NCBI GenBank assembly: GCA_041608595.1
Contig: JBFISJ010000001.1
Location: 1-48,953 of the forward strand
Source of the DNA: Nitrospiraceae bacterium
GTDB lineage: Bacteria; Nitrospirota; Nitrospiria; Nitrospirales; Nitrospiraceae
DNA length: 48,953 bases
Reading direction: 5' to 3'
Positions 27,303 through 36,096 of the stretch are shown here, piece by piece. Each line of letters begins with the position of its first letter. The first letter of the stretch is position 1. A program made the translations under genes and the position numbers. A model generated the notes under the pieces. It was not told the DNA's origin, searched no databases, and worked only from the letters and a program-made list of their open reading frames with translations.

Positions 27303-28991
27303 ATGGGCAACCTCAGAAGCCGGCTGTATTGGTTAATGGGGTTGCGGGTCGTCGTGGTCACGCTCTTGCTTGGGCTGTCGATCGCGATCCACACGACCAA
27401 AGGGGAGCTGGTCAATTTTTTCTATGCGCTCATCGCCGCGACCTATGCCATCACGATCGGATACGCCGCGATCGATCGGTACTTGGAGGGCCGGTGGGCA
27501 CTCACGATGTTCGCCCATGTGCAGATTGGCATTGACTTACTGCTTGAGACCGTCTTGGTGACTATGACCGGAGCAGTGGAAAGCCCATTCTCGGTGCTCT
27601 ACGTGATCACCGTCTGTCTCGCCTGCCTGGTGCCCCGGCAGCGGATCGGCCTGGCGACCGGGGCGGCGGCCGTCTTCTTGTTCGGCGCCGTGGCCGGTGT
27701 GCAGCTGTTAGGCATCATGGAGTCGATCGACTGGATCCCGCGCACGCGCTTGTCCATGCCCGAGACGTTGCAGATTTTCGGCGTGCACGGGCTGGCGTTC
27801 GTGCTGGTCGGCTTTTTGAGCGGCGTGCTCGCGGATCAGCTCCGGCACGCAGACGAATCACTCCTTGAGAAGGAGCGCGGGCTCACGAACCTTCAGGCGT
27901 TTCACGAGAACATCGTGCAGAGCATCGGCAGCGGCGTGTTCACCACTGATGCAAGCGGCCTGATCACCTCATTCAATCGCGCGGCGCAGGAGGCCACCGG
28001 CCACAGCTTCGATCAGGTATATGGCAGGGCCTGGGGCGACATTTTCAACTGCCAGAGAGGTGGCACGGTCCAGGAGATTCTGCCCAAGGGAGGGGACCGG
28101 TTCGAGGTCGAGTGCAAGCGGGCAGACGGGAGCCGCCTGGTGCTCGGCATCTCGCTTTCGGCGTTGGAGGAGAACGGGGCAAAAACGGGTCTCGTCGGGG
28201 TGTTCAAGGATCTGACCCAGATCCGGGACATGGAGGAGGAGATGCGGCGCCGCCAATGGCTGGCGACGCTGGGCGAAATGTCGGCGGGGATGGCGCACGA
28301 GATACGTAACCCGCTGGGCGCGCTGGTCGGGGCCATGCAGATGCTGCGCAAGGACGTGCCGATCGAGGAGACCAATCGCCAGCTGATGGACATTGCCATT
28401 CGTGAGGCGACGCGGCTCGACGGCATCATCAAGGAATTCCTGCAGTACGCGAGGCCGTCGGCGCTCAACCTGAAGGAATGTGATCTGAACGGTCTCATCA
28501 AAGAGAACGTCGCACTGATCCAGCACGAGGCGAGCAAGCGAACGGGTCTGCAGATCCACACTGCGCTCTGCGAAGGCACCCTGATGGCACAGGTGGATCC
28601 GGACCAGTTGAAACAGGTGTTCTGGAATCTGGCCACCAACGCCTTTCAGGCCATGCCGCGCGGCGGCGAGCTGACAATCGCGACGAATCGGCGCCAGGTC
28701 GGGATCGCCGGACGCAAAGGCGAGCTCATCGAGGTCATCTTTCAGGATACGGGCGAGGGCATCAAGAAGGAGCATCTGGAGAAGATCTTCCTGCCGTTTT
28801 TCACGACCAAGCGCGAAGGATCCGGATTGGGGCTCGCGGCCATCGATCGCATCGTCGATCTGCACGGAGGCTGGATCCGGGTCGAGAGTCAGGAAGGGCA
28901 GGGTACTCGCTTCGTGATCTGCCTGCCCAAGTCGCCCTCGGGTGAACCTCTCCACGCGCACGAAGGAAGGGAACCGTGGAAAAGATCCTGA
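27303..28991 (+). CDS. pilS: membrane sensor histidine kinase, PilS-like (multi-TM N-terminus, PAS, HisKA, HATPase_c)
   Basis: About 6 N-terminal TM helices, a PAS-like region (GVFTTDASGLITSFNRAAQEATG), the H-box MAHEIRNPL, an N-box (WNLATNAFQAM) and G-boxes (DTGEGI, GSGLGLA). The PilS assignment rests on architecture plus adjacency to pilC and the NtrC-type regulator. Confidence 0.8.
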   Translation: MGNLRSRLYWLMGLRVVVVTLLLGLSIAIHTTKGELVNFFYALIAATYAITIGYAAIDRYLEGRWALTMFAHVQIGIDLLLETVLVTMTGAVESPFSVLYVITVCLACLVPRQRIGLATGAAAVFLFGAVAGVQLLGIMESIDWIPRTRLSMPETLQIFGVHGLAFVLVGFLSGVLADQLRHADESLLEKERGLTNLQAFHENIVQSIGSGVFTTDASGLITSFNRAAQEATGHSFDQVYGRAWGDIFNCQRGGTVQEILPKGGDRFEVECKRADGSRLVLGISLSALEENGAKTGLVGVFKDLTQIRDMEEEMRRRQWLATLGEMSAGMAHEIRNPLGALVGAMQMLRKDVPIEETNRQLMDIAIREATRLDGIIKEFLQYARPSALNLKECDLNGLIKENVALIQHEASKRTGLQIHTALCEGTLMAQVDPDQLKQVFWNLATNAFQAMPRGGELTIATNRRQVGIAGRKGELIEVIFQDTGEGIKKEHLEKIFLPFFTTKREGSGLGLAAIDRIVDLHGGWIRVESQEGQGTRFVICLPKSPSGEPLHAHEGREPWKRS

Positions 28992-30352
28992 TTGTCGATG
29001 ACGAGCGCAGTATGCGGGATGTCTTGAGCATCATGCTCAAGCGGGCGGGCTATGGTGTCACGATCGCCACCGATGCCGAAGAGGCCATCGGGGAGATCAA
29101 CAAGGAGATCTTCGACCTGGTCATTACCGACCTCAAGATGCCGAAGGGGAGCGGGCTCGACGTGTTGAAAGCTGTCAAGGCCGCGTCTCCGGAGACCATG
29201 GTGCTGGTGGTGACGGCCTTTGCGTCGACTGAGTCGGCGGTGGAGGCCATGAAGCAGGGGGCGTACGACTTCCTGACCAAGCCTTTCCAGGTGGACGAGG
29301 TGCAGCTCATCGTGAAGAACGCGCTGGAGAAGCGCAGGTTGTCCAGCGAGAATGTCCTGCTCAAGCGGGAGATGGCGAGCCACTCCTCCTTCGCGCGAAT
29401 CATCGGGCAGAGCGAGGCCATGCAGAAAGTGTTCGACGTCGTGCGAAAGGTGGCCGATACGCGGAGCAACGTGCTGGTCTGTGGTGAGAGCGGGACCGGC
29501 AAGGAGTTGATCGCACGCGCGATCCACTTTCACAGCGCACGCAGTCAGCAGCCCTTCGTCACCGTCAACTGCAGCGCGCTGCCGGAAACGCTGTTGGAAA
29601 GCGAGCTGTTCGGCCACATGAAGGGCTCCTTCACCGGCGCCGTGGCCAACAAGGCGGGCCTGTTCGAAGTCGCCAACGGGGGAACGGTTTTCCTGGACGA
29701 GATCGGCGAGACGACGCTGGCGACACAGGTCAAGCTCCTACGGGTCATCCAGGAGCGGGAGTTCCGTCGCGTGGGCGGCAACCAGGACGTGAAGGTTGAC
29801 GTGCGGATCATCGCCGCCACGAACCGGGACCTCGAGCGCGCCGTGGCGGACGGGACGTTCCGTGAGGACCTGTATTACCGCCTCGACGTCATCCCGATCC
29901 GGCTGCCGCCGCTCCGCGAACGGACCGGGGACATCCCTCTCTTGACGCAGCACTTCCTGGAGCAGCTCTCGCGCGAGAGCGGGCGACAGGTCCCTGTTCT
30001 GGCCCCCGAGTCCATGCGGATCCTGCAAGCGCACGAATGGCGCGGCAACGTCCGTGAGCTCGAAAACCTCATCGAGCGGGTCGTGGCGTTCTACACGGGC
30101 GCGCCCATCACGGACGAGGACGTGCGGGGGTGGCTGCACCGACCCGGCGCGCCGCAACCCTATTCCTCCGACCTCCCGGCGGAGGGGCTGGATCTGGAAA
30201 ATTACATCAACAACATCGAGAAAGAGCTTCTGCTGAAAGCCCTTGAGCGTGCGAAGTGGGTGAAGAAAAAAGCCGCTAGACTTCTTCACCTGAATACGCG
30301 ATCCTTCCGGTATCGCCTCGAGAAGTACGCCATCAAGGGAGGACGCGATTAG
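28976..30352 (+). CDS. pilR: sigma54-dependent response regulator, PilR/NtrC family (REC, AAA+ sigma54-activator, Fis-type HTH)
   Basis: Receiver domain (ILIVDDE, DLVITDLKMP), Walker A GESGTGKE, ESELFGH...GSFTGA (GAFTGA-type loop), Walker B VFLDEIG, and a C-terminal HTH (AARLLHLNTRSFRYRL). The GTG start overlaps the kinase 3' end. Confidence 0.88.
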   Translation: MEKILIVDDERSMRDVLSIMLKRAGYGVTIATDAEEAIGEINKEIFDLVITDLKMPKGSGLDVLKAVKAASPETMVLVVTAFASTESAVEAMKQGAYDFLTKPFQVDEVQLIVKNALEKRRLSSENVLLKREMASHSSFARIIGQSEAMQKVFDVVRKVADTRSNVLVCGESGTGKELIARAIHFHSARSQQPFVTVNCSALPETLLESELFGHMKGSFTGAVANKAGLFEVANGGTVFLDEIGETTLATQVKLLRVIQEREFRRVGGNQDVKVDVRIIAATNRDLERAVADGTFREDLYYRLDVIPIRLPPLRERTGDIPLLTQHFLEQLSRESGRQVPVLAPESMRILQAHEWRGNVRELENLIERVVAFYTGAPITDEDVRGWLHRPGAPQPYSSDLPAEGLDLENYINNIEKELLLKALERAKWVKKKAARLLHLNTRSFRYRLEKYAIKGGRD

Positions 30353-31298
30353 CGGAAGCGAGAAGCCCCGGCGGCCGACCCAACACGCAGTCCGAATCCA
30401 CGCGCCCGCCAAGATCAATCTCATCCTCAAGATCCTCGACCGTCGTCAGGACGGCTACCACAATCTGTGGTCGCTGATGCAGACCGTCGAGGTGGCGGAC
30501 GAGCTCGTCTGCCGCCTGAAGCGCGATCGCAAGGACCTTCGCGTGCGCGTGGACGGCGCGGCCTTGCCGACGGACGAGCGCAACCTGGTGACGCGCGCGG
30601 CCCGGCTCATGCTGGACCGGGCCACGCGGTCAGTCGGTCTCGAGATCCATTTGCGAAAGGTTCTCCCGCTGGGCGGTGGCCTGGGTGGGGGCAGCAGCGA
30701 TGCCGCCGCGACCCTCCTGGCCGTGAACGAGCTGCTCCAACTGGGTGTGACCCTTCACGAGATGCAGGCCCTGGGCGAGAGGCTCGGCAGCGATGTACCA
30801 TTTTTTTTCCACGCGCCCGCCGCGATCGTTACGGGACGGGGCGAGTCCGTGAAGCCGGTCCGGCTCATCGGAGAGCGGTGGGTGCTCCTCGTGCGGCCAC
30901 CCTTCCAAATCCAGACCCGGTGGGCCTTTGGTCGTCTGGCCGAGTCCCGACAAGCCGAGCCCCCTCTTCCAGAGCGGCTCCGCGCGCTCGGTGAGAGCGG
31001 CGAGGTGCGGTGGGGGGACATTATTCCCCTGATGGAGAATGACTTTGAAGCGGCACTGGACCCCACGTATCCAGCCTTCCGCGAGATCAAGTCCCGGCTG
31101 CGGTCGGCGGGAGCCGAGGTGGCGCTCCTGTCGGGCAGCGGATCGACAGTCTTCGGTCTGTTCAAGACCGAACGCGAGATGGCGCGCGCCCGTGTCTCGC
31201 TTGACGACCAAGGCCACTGGATCGCGGCCGGTCGCGCGTCCTCCGAGTCGCTCCGGTGCACGTGGAACAATCCGTCGGCACCGGTCACGGTTTGTTGA
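30348..31298 (+). CDS. ispE: 4-diphosphocytidyl-2-C-methyl-D-erythritol kinase (MEP pathway)
   Basis: GHMP kinase motif LPLGGGLGGGSSDAAATL. The hallmark N-terminus APAKINLILKILDRRQDGYHNL is encoded in frame at 30402-30467, upstream of the first ATG (30477). The frame is open from 30294 with no ATG, GTG or TTG. The proposed start is ATT 30348, 5 nt after GGGAGG; ATC 30396 is the alternative. Confidence 0.85.
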   Translation: MSGSEKPRRPTQHAVRIHAPAKINLILKILDRRQDGYHNLWSLMQTVEVADELVCRLKRDRKDLRVRVDGAALPTDERNLVTRAARLMLDRATRSVGLEIHLRKVLPLGGGLGGGSSDAAATLLAVNELLQLGVTLHEMQALGERLGSDVPFFFHAPAAIVTGRGESVKPVRLIGERWVLLVRPPFQIQTRWAFGRLAESRQAEPPLPERLRALGESGEVRWGDIIPLMENDFEAALDPTYPAFREIKSRLRSAGAEVALLSGSGSTVFGLFKTEREMARARVSLDDQGHWIAAGRASSESLRCTWNNPSAPVTVC

Positions 31299-31323
31299 CA
31301 ATCACGACCCGTTTCGATATTGT
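31295..31323 (+). promoter_or_regulatory. sigma70-type promoter candidate (TTGACA-N17-TATTGT) upstream of prs
   Basis: TTGACA at 31295-31300 (it contains the ispE stop codon), a 17-nt spacer, then TATTGT at 31318-31323. Confidence 0.4.
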
Positions 31324-31450
31324 TTCTGGCTTGGCCGTGCCACTCATCAGGTGAGCCGGCGGGTCAGCCGACTTGCCGTGTCCTCGGGTCGGGCGTTCGG
31401 CCGGTGATCCCCAGCGCCGCGGTCTAACCCTCCATTTTACCGAGAGTACC

Positions 31451-32395
31451 ATGCCCAAGGAAGACCTGAAGCTGTTTACAGGGAACTCGAACCGTGCGCT
31501 CGCGCGCGAGATCTGTGATTACCTCAACATTCCCCTCGGGGACGCCACGGTCTCTGCCTTCAGCGACGGCGAAATTCGCGTGAAGATTGAGGAAAACGTG
31601 CGCGGCGCAGACGTCTTTCTAATGCAGTCCTGCTGCACCCCGGTCAATGACTCCTTGATGGAGCTGCTGATTTTGATGGATGCGCTCAAGCGCTCGTCCG
31701 CCCATCGCATCACGGCGGTGCTGCCCTACTTCGGGTACGCGCGCCAGGACCGAAAGGACGAACCGCGGGTGCCGATCACGGCGAAACTGGTCGCCGACCT
31801 GATCGCAACAGCGGGGGCCAACCGGGTCCTGACGATGGATCTTCACGCAGGGCAGATTCAGGGCTTTTTTAACCTTCCGGTCGACCATCTCTACGCGCTC
31901 CCGGTCCTGTTGGATTACATCTCGAAGAAGTCCGGGAGCCACCCGGTCGTGGTCTCGCCGGACGCCGGCGGCGTCGAGCGGGCCCGGGCCTTTGCCAAGC
32001 GGCTCCAGGCCAACCTGGCGATCATTGACAAGCGACGGGAAGGCCCGAACAACGCCCAGATTATGAACATCATCGGCGATGTCGACGGACGGGATGCTTT
32101 GTTACTGGACGATATGATCGATACCGCCGGGACCATCATCCAGGCCGCACAAGCTTGCAAGGACAAGGGTGCGCGACGAGTCTGGGCCGGCTGCACCCAT
32201 GCCGTGCTGTCGGGGCCGGCCTTAGAGCGGCTCCAGCAGTCCTGCCTGGACGAGGTAGTGGTCACGAACACAATCCCCTTGAACGGGAAGGAAAAGACAT
32301 GCCCCAAGCTGCGGGTTCTCTCGGTGGCGCCGTTGCTCGGGGAAGCGATCTCGCGGATCCATGGAGAGGAGTCCGTCAGCTCGTTGTTTGCGTAA
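31451..32395 (+). CDS. prs: ribose-phosphate pyrophosphokinase
   Basis: [17 protein letters not shown]-terminus, [10 protein letters not shown], the PRPP-binding loop [15 protein letters not shown] at 31451. Confidence 0.95.
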   Translation: MPKEDLKLFTGNSNRALAREICDYLNIPLGDATVSAFSDGEIRVKIEENVRGADVFLMQSCCTPVNDSLMELLILMDALKRSSAHRITAVLPYFGYARQDRKDEPRVPITAKLVADLIATAGANRVLTMDLHAGQIQGFFNLPVDHLYALPVLLDYISKKSGSHPVVVSPDAGGVERARAFAKRLQANLAIIDKRREGPNNAQIMNIIGDVDGRDALLLDDMIDTAGTIIQAAQACKDKGARRVWAGCTHAVLSGPALERLQQSCLDEVVVTNTIPLNGKEKTCPKLRVLSVAPLLGEAISRIHGEESVSSLFA

Positions 32396-32456
32396 CATCA
32401 ACACAGTTTTTTAAGGCAAGACGCCCCGCGGCACGCGGGGTGACGAGGGGGGAGCG

Positions 32457-33230
32457 ATGAAGTTCGAACTGACAGTTGAAGTAAGAGACAGCGCCGGCAA
32501 GGGCGTGGCGCGTCAGCTGCGACGCGGCGGTCGTGTGCCGGGCGTCCTGTACGGGCAGGGTGACTGCACCATGCTCAGCCTTGATCCCACGCCTCTCATT
32601 AAAATGCTTCGGTCACCTGCGGGGAGCACGGCGCTGATCTCACTGAACATCGAGGGCCAGTCCAAGAAGAAGTCCGTCACGGCGCTGCTGCGCGATTTTC
32701 AAGTCGATCCCGTGGACGGCAAGCTGCTGCACGTCGATCTGTTCGAAGTCTCCATGACCAAGGCGATTCATGTCAAGGTTCCCGTTCACGTGGTCGGTGG
32801 CACGCCTGCCGGTGTCAAGGAGGGCGGGCTGCTGCACCACAATCTCCGGGAGCTCGAGGTGGAGTGTTTGCCCGGCTCGATTCCCGATTCGATCGACGTA
32901 GACGCCTCGTCCCTCATGATCGGACAGGGCATTCACGTCAAGGAGCTGCGCGTCCCCGAAGGCGTCAAACTTTTGGAGGAAGCGGAGCAGATGGTCGTGA
33001 GCGTCGCGGCGCCGATGTCGGAGGAGAAACTTGAAGCGCTCCTGACCAGCGGCGCGGTGGCCGAGGAGGGCGAGGGGCCCGAGGTGATCGGCAAGGAGGA
33101 AGAAAAGGAAGGCCTTGAGACTGCGGAGAAAGGTGCAGCGGCTCCGGCTGCCGAGGCGAAGGGTGAAAAGAAGGAAGCAAAGGCTGAGAAAAAGGAAGGC
33201 AAAGAAGTTAAGGAAGAAAAGAAGAAGTAG
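32457..33230 (+). CDS. rplY: 50S ribosomal protein L25, long Ctc form, with a Lys/Glu-rich C-terminal extension
   Basis: N-terminal L25 domain (RQLRRGGRVPGVLYG) plus the Ctc-type second domain, in prs-rplY-pth synteny. The last ~60 residues are low-complexity E/K/A/G. Confidence 0.9.
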   Translation: MKFELTVEVRDSAGKGVARQLRRGGRVPGVLYGQGDCTMLSLDPTPLIKMLRSPAGSTALISLNIEGQSKKKSVTALLRDFQVDPVDGKLLHVDLFEVSMTKAIHVKVPVHVVGGTPAGVKEGGLLHHNLRELEVECLPGSIPDSIDVDASSLMIGQGIHVKELRVPEGVKLLEEAEQMVVSVAAPMSEEKLEALLTSGAVAEEGEGPEVIGKEEEKEGLETAEKGAAAPAAEAKGEKKEAKAEKKEGKEVKEEKKK

Positions 33231-33232
33231 CC

Positions 33233-33817
33233 TTGCGCCTGATTGTCGGACTCGGCAATCCCGGAGTCAGGTACGCGGTGACACGGCACAACGTCGGGGC
33301 CTCGGTCCTGTTGAAGGCGGCGGAGCGCTGGTCCTTCAGATGGCGGCCCTCAGGCGACGCCCGCTGGGGCAGGGGTCGGGTCGGGGACGTCGAGGTTCTG
33401 CTGGCCATCGACCTGGCGTGGATGAACCAAAGCGGACCCGCGGTCAAGGCCCTGCTCGAGCAAGCCGGCTCCAGTGGGGAAGACCTGGTCGTTGTCCACG
33501 ATGATCTGGACCTCCCGCTGGGACGGATTCGAATTAAGCAGCACGGGGGCGCCGGGGGCCATCGGGGCGTCCTGTCCATTCTCACCTCTATAGAATCAGA
33601 CGCGTTCTGCCGTCTGAAGGTCGGAATCGGAAGCTCCCCTCCGGAGCAGGATCCGGCCGACTATGTGCTTTCTTCATTTTTCCCCGACGAGCTGCAGGTC
33701 CTGGACGCCACCCTGGAGCGCTGCGTGTCGGCGCTGGAGAGCCTCCTCACCGAGGGCGTCGAGGCGGCCATGAATCGCTTCAACGTGAAAGAGCAGGCAA
33801 TGGGCGATGGGCCATAG
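33233..33817 (+). CDS. pth: peptidyl-tRNA hydrolase
   Basis: MRLIVGLGNPG...TRHNVG N-terminus and HDDLDLPLGRIRIK. TTG start 3 nt after the rplY stop. Confidence 0.93.
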   Translation: MRLIVGLGNPGVRYAVTRHNVGASVLLKAAERWSFRWRPSGDARWGRGRVGDVEVLLAIDLAWMNQSGPAVKALLEQAGSSGEDLVVVHDDLDLPLGRIRIKQHGGAGGHRGVLSILTSIESDAFCRLKVGIGSSPPEQDPADYVLSSFFPDELQVLDATLERCVSALESLLTEGVEAAMNRFNVKEQAMGDGP

Positions 33818-34022
33818 GCTCGAGCAACGACAGGATTGATCCGCGTCATTCCCATTAGCGCAGACCCCCTCGCCGTTTCCCCCTAGCCCCGCTAGTCCTT
33901 ACCCAATGGGGCCGTTTCGTTGACACCCCGCGCGTGCCTATGGTACCGTCCGCACGCTTCATCCGGTAGCCCAATCCCTCGCTCCAGGCGTGCCCTGGGG
34001 CCTTTGGCCGAGAGGAGGATCC

Positions 34023-34364
34023 ATGCCGCAGTACGAGTCTATCTTTATCGTCCGCCCCAGCCTCACCGACGAAGAAACCGAAAAGGTCGTGGAAAAGGTC
34101 AAGGGCGTCCTGCAGCGAACAGGGGCGAGCGTCGTCAAGCAAGAGAATTGGGGCAAAAAGAGGCTGGCCTACGAAGTCAGGCGGGAGCGCAAGGGAACCT
34201 ACATCTACTTCAACTTCACCTCGCCGGGTGAGAGTGTCGCGGAGCTCGAGCGCTCCTATCGAATCGAGGACGCCGTAATCAAGTTTATGACCATCAAGCT
34301 GGAGGACGAGGGCGCATCACGGCCGGCGGCGGAGGCACAGGAGCCGAGCGGTGACGGGGTTTAA
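34023..34364 (+). CDS. rpsF: 30S ribosomal protein S6
   Basis: MPQYESIFIVRPSL N-terminus with GAGAGGAGGA SD. First gene of the rpsF-ssb-rpsR arrangement. Confidence 0.93.
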   Translation: MPQYESIFIVRPSLTDEETEKVVEKVKGVLQRTGASVVKQENWGKKRLAYEVRRERKGTYIYFNFTSPGESVAELERSYRIEDAVIKFMTIKLEDEGASRPAAEAQEPSGDGV

Positions 34365-34758
34365 CAAAGTCATTCTTATCGGGAATCTGACCAAGAATCC
34401 GGAACTGCGTTACACGCCCAGCGGGACGCCGGTGACCAGCTTTGGGCTCGCGGTGAATCGCCGATTTCGGCAAGCGAGTGACCTGAAGGAGGAAGTCTGC
34501 TATATCGATATCGTGGTCTTCGGCAAACAGGCGGAAAACTGCGGCCAGTATCTCAGCAAAGGCAACGGCGTCATCGTGGACGGCCGCCTGCAGCAACGGC
34601 GGTGGGAAACAGAAGACGGGCAGAAGCGCAGCAAGCACGAGGTCGTCGCGCAGACCGTCACCTTCCTGCCGAAGCGGCAGGATGGCGGCGGCGGTGGCGG
34701 GGGGGGCGAGCCGGCCGTGACGGATGACGCGGGATACGAAGAGGACTTGCACCAGTAA
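34351..34758 (+). CDS. ssb: single-stranded DNA-binding protein
   Basis: OB-fold N-terminus ([25 protein letters not shown]), a Gly-rich linker and an acidic C-terminus ending ...[11 protein letters not shown] instead of the usual ...DD(I/L)PF. Confidence 0.9.
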   Translation: MTGFNKVILIGNLTKNPELRYTPSGTPVTSFGLAVNRRFRQASDLKEEVCYIDIVVFGKQAENCGQYLSKGNGVIVDGRLQQRRWETEDGQKRSKHEVVAQTVTFLPKRQDGGGGGGGGEPAVTDDAGYEEDLHQ

Positions 34759-34780
34759 GGGCACGAAACGGAGGACGCGA

Positions 34781-35008
34781 GTGGATCGAGGACGAGGATT
34801 ACAGCGCAGACGCCAATGTCGGTTCTGCCAGGACAAGACAGGGATCGATTTCAAGGACGTCGGCCTTTTGAGGAATTTTCTGACCGAGCGCGGGCGCATT
34901 GTTCCCAGGAGGATCTCGGGCAACTGTATGGGGCATCAGCGCGAGCTGACCGTCGCCATCAAGCGGGCCCGTACGATCGCGATGCTGGCATTCGCTGAAG
35001 AGAGGTGA
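34781..35008 (+). CDS. rpsR: 30S ribosomal protein S18
   Basis: [52 protein letters not shown]. The GTG at 34781 is preceded by GGAGGA and gives 75 aa. The track ATG 34724 would overlap ssb by 35 nt. Confidence 0.9.
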   Translation: MDRGRGLQRRRQCRFCQDKTGIDFKDVGLLRNFLTERGRIVPRRISGNCMGHQRELTVAIKRARTIAMLAFAEER

Positions 35009-35043
35009 CGCCGAGCTCGGGATCGATCGGCACCTGGAGATTG

Positions 35044-35646
35044 ATGAGGCAGCCCATCATGGCGGAGCGTGACAGCTTGACCCTCCACGTCCCCGACGTG
35101 CCGTCGGGCGGCGTCAGCTTGGATTGCGAGGTGGACGCCGAGCGGCTCAATCTCGCCACGACCGATTCCAAGGTGCGCGACCAGCTCCTCGTGCAGGCCG
35201 AGGTGATTCCCGCCGGAAACGAGGTTTTGGTCAGCGGGGTCGTGACGGGCACGTTTGTCAGGGAATGCGTCCGCTGTCTCAAGCACTATGACGACACGTG
35301 CCGGATCGCCTTTCGCGTGGAGTACCGGGCGAGCAAGCCTGAGGTGACGGGGCGGTCGCGCGCGGGAGACCGGCAGGCCCAAGACAAGCCGGAGGAGGCG
35401 GCGCCGTCGCCGGAGGGGGAGGGTTACTCCTATGCCGGTGAGGACCTCGATCTCGGCCCGATGCTCCGGGAGCAAGTGATCCTCGCGAACCCGATGCAGC
35501 CGCTCTGCCATCAGGACTGCCGGGGCTTGTGTCCGGTCTGTGGAGAAGACCGAAACGTCGTCCAGTGCGGATGCGCAGAAGCACGCCCGCCGAATCCGTT
35601 TGCGGTCCTGCGGCAGCGCTGGCCGCACGACGGCAACTCAACCTAG
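35044..35646 (+). CDS. yceD: YceD/DUF177 family protein (23S rRNA accumulation protein)
   Basis: Cys pairs CVRCLKHYD and CHQDCRGLCPVCGEDRN...CGC, typical of DUF177, and the classic position upstream of rpmF. The start is uncertain: ATG 35044, or the track GTG 35005 overlapping the rpsR stop. Confidence 0.8.
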   Translation: MRQPIMAERDSLTLHVPDVPSGGVSLDCEVDAERLNLATTDSKVRDQLLVQAEVIPAGNEVLVSGVVTGTFVRECVRCLKHYDDTCRIAFRVEYRASKPEVTGRSRAGDRQAQDKPEEAAPSPEGEGYSYAGEDLDLGPMLREQVILANPMQPLCHQDCRGLCPVCGEDRNVVQCGCAEARPPNPFAVLRQRWPHDGNST

Positions 35647-35868
35647 CAGGCTGTTCAAAAACCGTTTCTGCGCCCTGGGGAGCGCAAAGGAAATTCTAGA
35701 GCTGTCACTGAGTGAGAATTCCGGGCAGGATGTTCAAAAAGGCTTCCAGCAGCACCCGCAAGGCGGGTACCTGGCGAGCGAGAGGCCTCAGGCGTACTTT
35801 TTTTCGGTACATTGAGGCCTCGAGCGATGCGAGAACGCGGCTGGGGACCTTTTTCAACATCCTGCTAG
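35643..35868. repeat. composite inverted-repeat element in the yceD-rpmF spacer, bounded by CTAG
   Basis: GCAGGATGTTCAAAAAGG (35725-35742) versus the reverse complement of CCTTTTTCAACATCCTGC (35848-35865) gives 17/18 matches. A third related copy, CTAGCAGGCTGTTCAAAAACC, lies at 35643-35663. An inner hairpin GAGGCCTCA...TGAGGCCTC spans 35782-35821 around a T7 run. CTAG is present at 35643-35646 and 35865-35868. Confidence 0.7.
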
Positions 35869-35913
35869 CCCGCGGTCGACAGCCTCTGTGGCTGCAGTCG
35901 TGAAGGAGAGAAT

Positions 35914-36096
35914 ATGGCCAATCCGAAACATAAAAACTCGAAATCCCGTAGAGACAAGCGTCGCACGCACAAAAAGCTCAGGGCGCCCGGCCTTTCTGTC
36001 TGTCCGCAGTGCCACGAGCCCAAGCTCCCTCATTACACCTGCCTCAATTGCGGTACCTATAAGGGCCGGGCGGTTATTGCGGTCGAAGAGTCCTGA
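35914..36096 (+). CDS. rpmF: 50S ribosomal protein L32
   Basis: [18 protein letters not shown]-terminus and a CxxC...CxxC zinc ribbon (CPQCHEP...CLNCGTY). GAAGGAGAG SD. Confidence 0.95.
   Translation: MANPKHKNSKSRRDKRRTHKKLRAPGLSVCPQCHEPKLPHYTCLNCGTYKGRAVIAVEES

Noticed and set aside
32420-32440. Perfect 7-bp GC hairpin (CCCCGCG-GCA-CGCGGGG) between prs and rplY, as a possible intrinsic terminator.
   Set aside because: No U-tract follows it on the + strand (the T-run precedes it), and rplY starts about 20 nt later. It could be a processing or stability hairpin, but I cannot support a terminator call.
33040-33230. Purine-rich reiterated GAAGGAAG/AAGAAG tract that looks superficially like a tandem repeat array.
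   Set aside because: It is in frame within rplY and encodes the Glu/Lys tail. There is no regular repeat-spacer periodicity, and no CRISPR-like array exists in the window.
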